Shown: piece by piece, positions 25,493-32,790 of the stretch | Layout of the letters: each line of letters begins with the position of its first letter | How positions within the stretch are numbered: the stretch's first letter is position 1 | Origin: a virus | Length of the DNA: 40,523 nucleotides | Direction: 5' to 3' (one strand) | IMG/VR virus record: IMGVR_UViG_3300024518_000012 | Position numbers and translations under genes: made by a program | The notes under the pieces: model-generated | What the model saw: only the letters and a program-made list of their open reading frames with translations | Told to the model about the DNA's origin: nothing | Database searches by the model: none

Positions 25493-26392
25493 ATGACAGA
25501 CCAGACCCCAGAGCTCCAGCCAGGCTCCCCACCCATGGCCGTGGCCATTCGGATGTCCTCCGAGTTCACCGACGTGGTTAAGGCCATTGGCCTGGTCCAG
25601 GCCAAGGCCAAGAGCCTGAAGGAATCCGGAAAGGACAAGTTCCTGGACAGGAAGTATCCGACCCTCCAGGACTACCAGAATGCCCTCCGGCCCCTGTGGG
25701 GGGAGGCTGGCCTGACCGTGATCCAGGCCTGTGACCTGGTCCCCGGGACGGTCCGATCCGTGGCCCGCCACGTCAAGGTCAAGAAGGGCCGGGACACCAC
25801 CTACCGGGAGGTGACCCAGATCGTGGCCACCTACTCCATGACCACCCTGGTGGTCCTCGGGGATCAGTGGGTGGTCACCGAGACCTCCGCCGACACCGAG
25901 GACAACACGGATGCCCAGGCGGTGGGATCCGTCCAGACCTACCTGGGCCGGTATGCCCACCGGAGCCTCTGGCAACTGACCGGGTCGGCCGATGACGACG
26001 ACGGTTATGGAGCGGGGCGGACCAGGACCGGAGAGGATCGTCCTCCGGCCTCCACAGGGCCCCGGCCGTCCACGGGACCCGGGCCCAGCAAGCCCAGGAG
26101 GGAGACCAGGCCTGTCAACGAGACGGACGACAAAGGCCAGGCCGACCAGGGCAATAAGGAACAGGCCGACCGCCAGAGGTTCCTTGGTCGCCGGGCCAAG
26201 CTATCCAAGGCGGTGATGAACTTCTGCGAAGGGGACAAGGCGGCGGCGTCCCAGGTCCTCCTGGACATCTCCTCGGATGAGAGCTTCGAGGGGTTCAAGA
26301 GTGTGGCCCAGATCCAGAAGGACTATCAGGTGGAGGCCATGGCCAAGAGGTTTGTGGAACTGACCGGGCAGTCCCTGAGGCTGGACCTGTGA
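25493..26392 (+). CDS. erf: ERF-family single-strand annealing protein (299 aa)
   Basis: YPTLQDYQNALRPLWGEAGLTVIQ ... AQAVGSVQTYLGRYAHRSLWQLTGSADDDDG matches the ERF core pattern from memory. The C-terminal tail is disordered. The start context is AGGAGAAAGCC-ATG-ACA. Confidence 0.7.
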   Translation: MTDQTPELQPGSPPMAVAIRMSSEFTDVVKAIGLVQAKAKSLKESGKDKFLDRKYPTLQDYQNALRPLWGEAGLTVIQACDLVPGTVRSVARHVKVKKGRDTTYREVTQIVATYSMTTLVVLGDQWVVTETSADTEDNTDAQAVGSVQTYLGRYAHRSLWQLTGSADDDDGYGAGRTRTGEDRPPASTGPRPSTGPGPSKPRRETRPVNETDDKGQADQGNKEQADRQRFLGRRAKLSKAVMNFCEGDKAAASQVLLDISSDESFEGFKSVAQIQKDYQVEAMAKRFVELTGQSLRLDL

Positions 26393-26406
26393 CCCCCGGG
26401 GTCCAG
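26381..26406 (+). terminator. Hairpin overlapping the erf stop codon
   Basis: CTGGACC (26381-26387) pairs with GGTCCAG (26400-26406), followed by TTGGTGGTGG. Confidence 0.3.
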
Positions 26407-26493
26407 TTGGTGGTGGCCTGGGTGGCCGTGGCCTGGCTCCAGACCCTGGCCCTGGGCTTCCTTCTGAGGTCCCCAAGAAAGAGAAAAAAGCCC

Positions 26494-26522
26494 TTGCACC
26501 AACGGCCGCCTGGACCTATATT
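26494..26522 (+). promoter_or_regulatory. Early promoter PR4
   Basis: TTGCAC, 17-nt spacer, TATATT, with GAGAAAAAAGCCC upstream. Confidence 0.75.
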
Positions 26523-26552
26523 TCCCGTGTAGGACAAACACAGGAGAAAGCC

Positions 26553-26786
26553 ATGACCCTGAACGAACAGATCCACAACGCCGAGGGAGATGTAGAGACG
26601 GCCGACCTTGACCTCCAGGACGCCCTGGCCGATTACCAGACAGCCGAGAGCTACGAGGACGAGGAGTCCGAGTCCCTGGCCGGTCACCGAAACCCGGCCG
26701 AGATCGCCGCCGAGAACATCCAGGACGCCGAGGGCCGCCTCCAGGCCGCCGAAGGCCACCTCCTGAACCTCCGGATGGAGGCCTAA
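26553..26786 (+). CDS. Highly acidic small early protein (77 aa)
   Basis: The start context is AGGAGAAAGCC-ATG-ACC. 20 of the 77 residues are Asp/Glu and there is no Lys. Confidence 0.7.
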   Translation: MTLNEQIHNAEGDVETADLDLQDALADYQTAESYEDEESESLAGHRNPAEIAAENIQDAEGRLQAAEGHLLNLRMEA

Positions 26787-26790
26787 GACC

Positions 26791-27162
26791 ATGACGGACT
26801 TCATCACCAGCGTTCCATTTATCACCGGGGCGGCCTTTGGTGTCGTCCTGGTCCTGATCCTCTCGGCCGTTATCGCCCGGCTGGAGAAGAGGACCACAAT
26901 CCACCACGTTGGAACCTGGGAGCCCATGACGGGGGCGTCCTACCCCGGGAAGAACCGGCCGGAGTCCATGGGTCACAACCTGACCACGGCCCAACTGGAG
27001 GACCTGGTGGACGACCTGGCCCGGATGGGTGGGGCGGACCGCCGGAGCCCTGACCGGACGGACCTGGACCATGTCTGGGACGATTGCTCACACTGCGGCC
27101 GGAGATTCTGCTCCACCTGTTCCGGCGGACTTCACGAGGACCTGTGTCCCGATTGCCAATGA
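26791..27162 (+). CDS. Membrane-anchored protein with a C-terminal zinc ribbon (123 aa)
   Basis: N-terminal TM segment is FITGAAFGVVLVLILSAVIA. The C-terminus is CSHCGRRFCSTCSGGLHEDLCPDC. Confidence 0.65.
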   Translation: MTDFITSVPFITGAAFGVVLVLILSAVIARLEKRTTIHHVGTWEPMTGASYPGKNRPESMGHNLTTAQLEDLVDDLARMGGADRRSPDRTDLDHVWDDCSHCGRRFCSTCSGGLHEDLCPDCQ

Positions 27163-27179
27163 TGAGGAGACCCCCAGCC

Positions 27180-27728
27180 ATGAGAACGAAGATATGCCAC
27201 CCAATCACCGGGGAGCCGCCACCCCGAGGATATGACAGCCTGAACCTGATCCGGATCGGAGGCTCCACCGGGAAGGTGGGGTCCTTCGGGATGACCCGGA
27301 ACAGTGGCCAGAAGGCCCACAAGGGGGTGGACTACCTGTGTATCCCGGGGCGTCCCGTGTTCTGTCCCATGGACGGGACGGTGGCCAGGGCCGGGTTTCA
27401 GGATCCGTCCGACCCGTGTCGGGGCCACGGCCTCCGGGTCTACATCAAACACGAGACCGAGGCCCACGGGCTCCTGGTCTCCTGTTTCTCCCACCTGTCC
27501 GCCCTGGAGATCCACCGGACCTTCGGGACTGAGCTCGTCCGTGGTCAGATCGTAGGCTGGACCGGACGGACCGGGAACGTCTCGGACAACGTCCCGAGTC
27601 ATCTACACTGGGAATTGTGGATGAGTCGGGAGGTCAACGGGACCCCGGTGGACCCCGAGAGGTTCATGGCCGAGGGGACCCTCCTGGGCATGGACGGTCG
27701 ATTCGTCATCCCGGACGAGGTGGCGTGA
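27180..27728 (+). CDS. Peptidase M23 (LytM-type) peptidoglycan endopeptidase, endolysin candidate (182 aa)
   Basis: Motifs HKGVDY ... PVFCPMDGTV ... GLRVYIKH ... FSHL ... GQIVGWTGRTG ... SHLHWEL. ATG lies 10 nt after GAGGAG. An alternative ATGA-coupled start is at 27159. Confidence 0.85.
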   Translation: MRTKICHPITGEPPPRGYDSLNLIRIGGSTGKVGSFGMTRNSGQKAHKGVDYLCIPGRPVFCPMDGTVARAGFQDPSDPCRGHGLRVYIKHETEAHGLLVSCFSHLSALEIHRTFGTELVRGQIVGWTGRTGNVSDNVPSHLHWELWMSREVNGTPVDPERFMAEGTLLGMDGRFVIPDEVA

Positions 27729-28063
27729 TGGAGGCCCTGGTCCTGGCTCTGCTCTCGTTGGCCCAGACCATGGCCAGCCAGGATGGCCAGTGGTGCTGGA
27801 AGGAGGCCGAGGGCCCTGTAACACAGTACCGGATCTATACCTCCACGGTCCCGGATCCCGTCTGTTGGGGAGATCCCTGGGCCATCGGGGCCGGTGTCTG
27901 TACCTGGGACGGGGTCTGTTGCGACCTGGGATTGATGCCACTCCCGGAGGGGGATCTGGTCTTTTTCATGGTGACGGGAGCCAACGAGACCACCGAAGGG
28001 CCGACAGGCCACGGCGATGTCTGCCCCCTCCCGGTCCCTCCGCCCAACTGGGATGTGGTGTGA
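27728..28063 (+). CDS. Secreted Cys-rich protein (111 aa)
   Basis: TGATG overlap. Signal peptide is MEALVLALLSLAQTMA|SQ. The mature part has 6 Cys. Confidence 0.6.
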   Translation: MEALVLALLSLAQTMASQDGQWCWKEAEGPVTQYRIYTSTVPDPVCWGDPWAIGAGVCTWDGVCCDLGLMPLPEGDLVFFMVTGANETTEGPTGHGDVCPLPVPPPNWDVV

Positions 28064-28449
28064 TGGCTCCTCATACTTGCTGGATAGGTAGAAGCTACAG
28101 GACCCAGGCTGGGGGTGTTAGATGCCGGGTCTGTGGGGACGTGATCGTCCCGGCCGAGGACCTGGGGAAGGGTAAGGCCGAAAAGGAGAAAGGGATGGCC
28201 CTGGGCCGGAAGGCCAAGGCGTTCCTCCTCCACCAGGCCAGGAAGTATGCCACCGAGATCGCCAGGAGTCGGGGAGAGGTGACCGCCGACGATGTCCGGG
28301 CCGCCATGGCAGACGAGGGCCTCCCTGGTCTGGGGATGGCCGCCGGTTCCATCTTCAGGGGTCCCGAGTGGGTCCCCACCGGGGAGATGAAAACCTCGGC
28401 TGTAGTAGCAAACCACGCCAGAGAAATCAAAGTCTGGAGGCTCAAATAA
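28063..28449 (+). CDS. Hypothetical protein with an N-terminal CxxC-type ribbon (128 aa)
   Basis: TGATG overlap. An alternative start is at 28195 (MALGRK). Confidence 0.5.
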   Translation: MAPHTCWIGRSYRTQAGGVRCRVCGDVIVPAEDLGKGKAEKEKGMALGRKAKAFLLHQARKYATEIARSRGEVTADDVRAAMADEGLPGLGMAAGSIFRGPEWVPTGEMKTSAVVANHAREIKVWRLK

Positions 28450-29165
28450 TGCCCCATCCAACGTACTACGTAGGGGACAAAAAGCCCTCCAACAGAGTCC
28501 CGAGCGTGACCACCGTACTCCGGAACTGGGGGGACAAGGGTGGCCTGATCTACTGGGCCCACCAGCAGGGGGCCGAGGGGATCAGCCTACAAGAGGCCAG
28601 GGTCAAGGCTTGCGATGCCGGGACGGTGGCCCACTCCATGATCGAGCAGGACCTGAGGGGCCGAGTCCCCCGGGCTGAGCTTCCCGAGGACTACCGGGGA
28701 GACCCCGATGGGGAGGAGACAAAGGTTATCGTGGCGGCGGCCGAGGCAGGGTTCCGCGGGTTCCAGACATGGAAGTCAGGGCTGAGCCTGAGCTACCTGG
28801 AGACCGAGTTGTCCCTGGTCCACCCGGAACACCGCTATGGCGGGACAATCGACTGTGTGGCCCTGGTGGAATACATGGGCAAGGAGGCCCTGGCCATCCC
28901 GGACTGGAAGTGTGCCAATGGGACCTACCCGGAGCATGTCTACCAGTTGGCGGCCTACCGGGATCTGTGGGAGTACCACCACCCGGACAAGCCGGTGGAA
29001 TACTGTTTCTCCTGCCGATTCGGGAAGCCCGGAGAGGGCCACAGTGGTGGGGACTTCCACCAGCATGGGTTCACCAGGGAGCAGATGGATATAGCCCTGG
29101 ACGCCTTCCTGGCCATCCTGAAGGCCTATAAACTGGAGGCCGCGGTCAAAAGGTGGGTTCGATGA
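28449..29165 (+). CDS. PD-(D/E)XK nuclease (RecB/Cas4-like exonuclease fold, 238 aa)
   Basis: TAATG overlap. Motifs GGTID (D), IPDWK (D-x-K) and YQLAAY (Q..Y). It lies in the same operon as the ERF annealing protein. Confidence 0.65.
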   Translation: MPHPTYYVGDKKPSNRVPSVTTVLRNWGDKGGLIYWAHQQGAEGISLQEARVKACDAGTVAHSMIEQDLRGRVPRAELPEDYRGDPDGEETKVIVAAAEAGFRGFQTWKSGLSLSYLETELSLVHPEHRYGGTIDCVALVEYMGKEALAIPDWKCANGTYPEHVYQLAAYRDLWEYHHPDKPVEYCFSCRFGKPGEGHSGGDFHQHGFTREQMDIALDAFLAILKAYKLEAAVKRWVR

Positions 29166-29911
29166 AAGCCTCCACCCTCTACAAGATCGAGAACGGCCTG
29201 GAGCGAATCGGGGACGGGTTCAGGGCCATGGCCAGGGCCATCCGGGAGGAGGCCAAGGGCCAGGAAGCCCTGGAGCAGGAGATCACCGCCAGCATGGCCA
29301 GGGGGTCCCGTGGATTTGGGCCGAGCCCCCTGGTCAAGGCCTGGTCCGACAGGAAGGCGGAGAGGGAGGCCGAGGAGGCTGGCCAACGGGTGGCGGAGAT
29401 CATGACCAAGGACCTGGCCGAGGCCTCCAAGGCCCAGAAGGTCACGGCTTGGACCAAGGCCTGGATCGAGAGGTTCCCCAGGTGGTGGGCCTTCTACCCC
29501 AGGAAAGAGAAGAAACGGCGGGCCGAGGCTTTCTGGGTCAAGCTGGGGACCAGGCTCCGCCGCCTGGGCCTGAACGAGCCCGAGGCCTTCGAGGCTGTCC
29601 TGTGGCTGACCTTGTCCAGGGCCGCGGAGTGGAAGGTGGACGGCCGGGAGCGGAAAACCATCCCCCATCCCTCCTCGTTCATCAACTCCGAGGCCTTCGA
29701 GGACTACACCGCGGTGGCCAGGGGGGACACCCGGGCCAGCCTCTCCGAGAGTGCCGAGCCTGGGGCCGATGTCAGGACGACTCCCCAGGAGGGTACAATC
29801 GAGCGGGACGAGGACGAGGCCACGGCGGCCATGGCCCTCGGGATGACCCCGGATGAGTTCTCGGAGTACCGGATCAAGGCCCTTGCCGACAGGGCCAGGA
29901 GGACACCATGA
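29162..29911 (+). CDS. Hypothetical early protein, possible replication-module protein (249 aa)
   Basis: ATGA overlap. The motif W-x-F-YPRK-x-KK-x-x-AE-x-x-W ... IPHPSSFIN-x-E-x-FED resembles a motif I recall from phage replication-region proteins. The family name is not certain. Confidence 0.4.
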   Translation: MKASTLYKIENGLERIGDGFRAMARAIREEAKGQEALEQEITASMARGSRGFGPSPLVKAWSDRKAEREAEEAGQRVAEIMTKDLAEASKAQKVTAWTKAWIERFPRWWAFYPRKEKKRRAEAFWVKLGTRLRRLGLNEPEAFEAVLWLTLSRAAEWKVDGRERKTIPHPSSFINSEAFEDYTAVARGDTRASLSESAEPGADVRTTPQEGTIERDEDEATAAMALGMTPDEFSEYRIKALADRARRTP

Positions 29912-30624
29912 CCCGACGGAACAAACAGAAAATGACCCTTTTTGCTGTCACCTGGGCCTGTCTCCTGGTCCTGGGCCTCATGGCCGTGGCCCTGGGGGCC
30001 GACGAGATCCAGCAGGAGGCCGACACCTTCGAGGCTTGTGTGATCCGGTACATGGCCAGGGTGTCCGATGGGCCGGACCCAGTGGGGACCAGGCAGGGGG
30101 CCGAGGAGGCATGTGGCCACCTCCGGGAGATCAAGGCCGACCCGGGCCCCGATCCTCTCGGGATCATAGTGGACGAGCCGGACCCGACCATCCGGAATAG
30201 CCGGGGGTTCCAGAGGGACATCCTGGGCCAGGGGTCGGGGGATGGCCATATCTGTGGCAACCGGGCCGACTGGGACGCCATCCCAGGGACCGAAGGGGCC
30301 TGTGATGTCATGCTGGACTGTGCCATGGGGGCGGCCCAGTTCTGCCAGATGTACCACGGATCCACCGTCACCCACCTGGTTTTCGTGGAGGGATCGAACC
30401 CCCAAGACCACGACCCCGAGGCCGGACCGTTCCTGGCCGGGATCTGTGATGTCCGATGCAAGGGCGGAGGGGGCGGGATGTTCCGGGCCTGCCACGGGGT
30501 CCCGGTACCGATCACTTGCGAGGACCAGGACCACCCACCGACCTGGGACGAGCCCTGTGGGAGATGCTACGACGGCCCACCGGTTGACCCCCGGGAATGC
30601 GAGCCGGATGGTCCGGGGGCCTGA
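29908..30624 (+). CDS. Secreted Cys-rich protein (238 aa)
   Basis: ATGA overlap. Signal peptide is MTRRNKQKMTLFAVTWACLLVLGLMAVALGA|DE. The mature part has about 14 Cys. Confidence 0.65.
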   Translation: MTRRNKQKMTLFAVTWACLLVLGLMAVALGADEIQQEADTFEACVIRYMARVSDGPDPVGTRQGAEEACGHLREIKADPGPDPLGIIVDEPDPTIRNSRGFQRDILGQGSGDGHICGNRADWDAIPGTEGACDVMLDCAMGAAQFCQMYHGSTVTHLVFVEGSNPQDHDPEAGPFLAGICDVRCKGGGGGMFRACHGVPVPITCEDQDHPPTWDEPCGRCYDGPPVDPRECEPDGPGA

Positions 30625-30626
30625 GA

Positions 30627-31274
30627 ATGAAGTCCGGAGGAGGAAGGGCCAGAGCCAGCGCCAAATTGGGCCGCGGCCTTGGGAGGCGGCCGGAGGATTA
30701 CCTCCCCATCCGGCCGCCAACCCAGAACGTGGATGCCCCCATGAGGGGGAGCCTGGACGAGAGGGTGGCCAAGGCCAAGGAGGCCCGGGCCACCCACACA
30801 AGCGACCCCGGCGGAGAGGTCAACTATGGTCACCTGGGGTTCAAGTCAAAGCCCCCCGAGATCGAGGCCACCACCACCACCACCTGGGCCAAGGCCTCCG
30901 TGGGCCTGGTCCGAAAGATCAGACTCTACGGGAAGGCTAGAGCCCTCCAGCATGAGATAGACCACCCCCAGATCCCGGAGGGCCACCCGGATCATGGAGA
31001 CTGGTGCCGGACCGTTGTGGCCATCGTGGGAGGCTATCCCCTCCCGAAGGTGGGAAATCGTGCGGACGTTCAATATCCGAGGCCTGCCCCTGCCGGACAG
31101 GAAGCTCAGCCCGAACAACAAGACAAAAATGGTCCACTGGGGAACGAGGGCCAAGCTGGTCCGGGATCACAGGGAGACCGTGGCCACCCTGACCATGGCC
31201 CAGCTACCGGTGGAGGCCAGGGCGGCCAAGATCGAGAGGGCCCTGGTCCAGATGATCGTCTACCACCCCAGTGA
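30627..31274 (+). CDS. Hypothetical protein whose last ~70 codons overlap rusA out of frame (215 aa as drawn)
   Basis: Third-position GC is high from 30627 to about 31055 and collapses afterwards. The stop is only reached at 31272-31274. Confidence 0.45.
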   Translation: MKSGGGRARASAKLGRGLGRRPEDYLPIRPPTQNVDAPMRGSLDERVAKAKEARATHTSDPGGEVNYGHLGFKSKPPEIEATTTTTWAKASVGLVRKIRLYGKARALQHEIDHPQIPEGHPDHGDWCRTVVAIVGGYPLPKVGNRADVQYPRPAPAGQEAQPEQQDKNGPLGNEGQAGPGSQGDRGHPDHGPATGGGQGGQDREGPGPDDRLPPQ

Positions 31275-31560
31275 GGGTTTTTCGATGGATCCGGATAACG
31301 CCCTGGCCTGGCAGAAGTCCACCCTTGACGGGATAGCGGATGCCGGGGTCCTGGGGGATGACCGGAACCTGTTCCACTTTCCGATCATCCAGCGGGTGGG
31401 GGAGCCCTGGCCGTCCAGCGGTCCATCCGCCGGATATGGCCCTGGCCTGGCTGGGGCCATCGAGACCCTGGACGTGGAGATCGTGGAGACCAGCCTCCAG
31501 GAGGTCAGGATGTCCGAGTGGATCATGGCCTGGGAGAGGGACGTGGGCTTCGACGTGTAG
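31060..31560 (+). CDS. rusA: RusA-family Holliday junction resolvase (166 aa)
   Basis: GTG lies 5 nt after AAGGTGGG. LPLPDRKLSPNNK resembles E. coli RusA LPWPPSNNRYY. MDPDNALAWQKSTLDGIADAGVLGDDRN matches the D-x-DN...K...D...DD catalytic motif. Confidence 0.75.
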   Translation: MRTFNIRGLPLPDRKLSPNNKTKMVHWGTRAKLVRDHRETVATLTMAQLPVEARAAKIERALVQMIVYHPSEGFSMDPDNALAWQKSTLDGIADAGVLGDDRNLFHFPIIQRVGEPWPSSGPSAGYGPGLAGAIETLDVEIVETSLQEVRMSEWIMAWERDVGFDV

Positions 31561-31645
31561 GTGGTCGCCCTGGACAGGCCGGAGAAAGCCACTAAACCAA
31601 CCCATCCAAGGCTCCCGCCAGGGAGTATACAGGAGAGAGCCAACC

Positions 31646-32566
31646 ATGACCCATGCACAGTCCAACCAGACCGAGGTGTTCAGGATGGAAGCCCAGGCCG
31701 AGGAGCCCCGCCTGGTCATCTACTGGGACGATCCGCGGGCCCCCTGTTCCACCTCGAAGTATCCACACCCGGCCCACACCTGGATCCTGTCCCCGGAGTG
31801 GAGGGCCAGCCAGGCCGTGGCCAGATTCCCGGACCACCACCACCTGGTGGCCCCCAAGTGGAGCACCGCCATAGGCCAGACCAATGTGGCGGACATCAAC
31901 CAGAGGGGGGCCGCCCTCCAGTGGCTCCAGGAGCTCCTGGCGGCCGGTGGGGTGGACCGCTACATCCTGGCCGACCCCGATCTGGTGTTCTACAACACCC
32001 AGTCCCTGGACGGGAAGCCCGGGAAGGTCGCCTCCATGGAGGAAATGGACCTTTTGCTGGCGGCCATCTGGGACGGCCTGGCCGATCACCCCATGGTGGG
32101 CCTACAACACCGCCAGACATTCGGGCCATACGGCCACGGGAAGGCCCGGGGATCCGCCCAGCTACTGGCCAGGGCCCAGCACGGGATCTATGGCCTGTCC
32201 TCCATGACCCTCTGGAACCTCGGGATCCGCTGGGATGTCCTCCCGGCCATGGAGGAGACCCACGTCCTCCTGGAGCTACTCCTGGCAGGTCACACAAATG
32301 TGATCCTGTCCGAGTGGGCCTACAAGCGATACGGGTCCGCTGGATTCTCACCGGCCCATCGTGATCCCGCCCTGGAGGGGATCGCGGCCCGCCAGTTGAA
32401 GGGGACCCACCCCAGATACGTCTCGGTTTCGAGACTCACCGGGGGGACGTCCTGGGCTGGTGGGTCCAGCCCCAGGCAGAGGGTCTCCGTGTCCTATGCC
32501 AAGGCCAGAGAGGATGGCATGAGGCTGGCCGAGGAGAGGCTGGCCAGGATGGGGGACGAGTCATGA
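31646..32566 (+). CDS. Hypothetical protein (306 aa)
   Basis: The start context is AGGAGAGAGCCAACC-ATG-ACC. Codon bias is good. It contains ILADPDLVFYN (a DxD-like segment). The start is trimmed from track ORF 31340..32566. Confidence 0.6.
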   Translation: MTHAQSNQTEVFRMEAQAEEPRLVIYWDDPRAPCSTSKYPHPAHTWILSPEWRASQAVARFPDHHHLVAPKWSTAIGQTNVADINQRGAALQWLQELLAAGGVDRYILADPDLVFYNTQSLDGKPGKVASMEEMDLLLAAIWDGLADHPMVGLQHRQTFGPYGHGKARGSAQLLARAQHGIYGLSSMTLWNLGIRWDVLPAMEETHVLLELLLAGHTNVILSEWAYKRYGSAGFSPAHRDPALEGIAARQLKGTHPRYVSVSRLTGGTSWAGGSSPRQRVSVSYAKAREDGMRLAEERLARMGDES

Positions 32567-32790
32567 AGGGCCAGGAGGCTCTAGTGGACGCCATCCGGGC
32601 CGCGGACAGGTTGAAGGCCTGGGCCATGATCCCAGGAGGAGGCCTTACAGCTGGGCCATTCTGCCGGGTGTGTAAGGACTGGATCTCCGGACACGTCCAC
32701 CCGAGAGGATCGGACTGTCCCGTCTACACCTTCGAGAGGGCCAGGGCCAAGGTGAAGCTCCAGAGGAAGGGGGCCAGCCGTGGGCGATAA
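32563..32790 (+). CDS. Small Cys-containing protein (75 aa)
   Basis: ATGA overlap. It contains CRVCKDW...DCP. Confidence 0.55.
   Translation: MKGQEALVDAIRAADRLKAWAMIPGGGLTAGPFCRVCKDWISGHVHPRGSDCPVYTFERARAKVKLQRKGASRGR

Noticed and set aside
31581-31590. Orphan GGAGAAAGCC box followed by ACT, considered as a decayed gene start or small ORF.
   Set aside because: The downstream frame has non-coding composition and runs into the real start at 31646. It is noted only as a possible remnant of the leader cassette.
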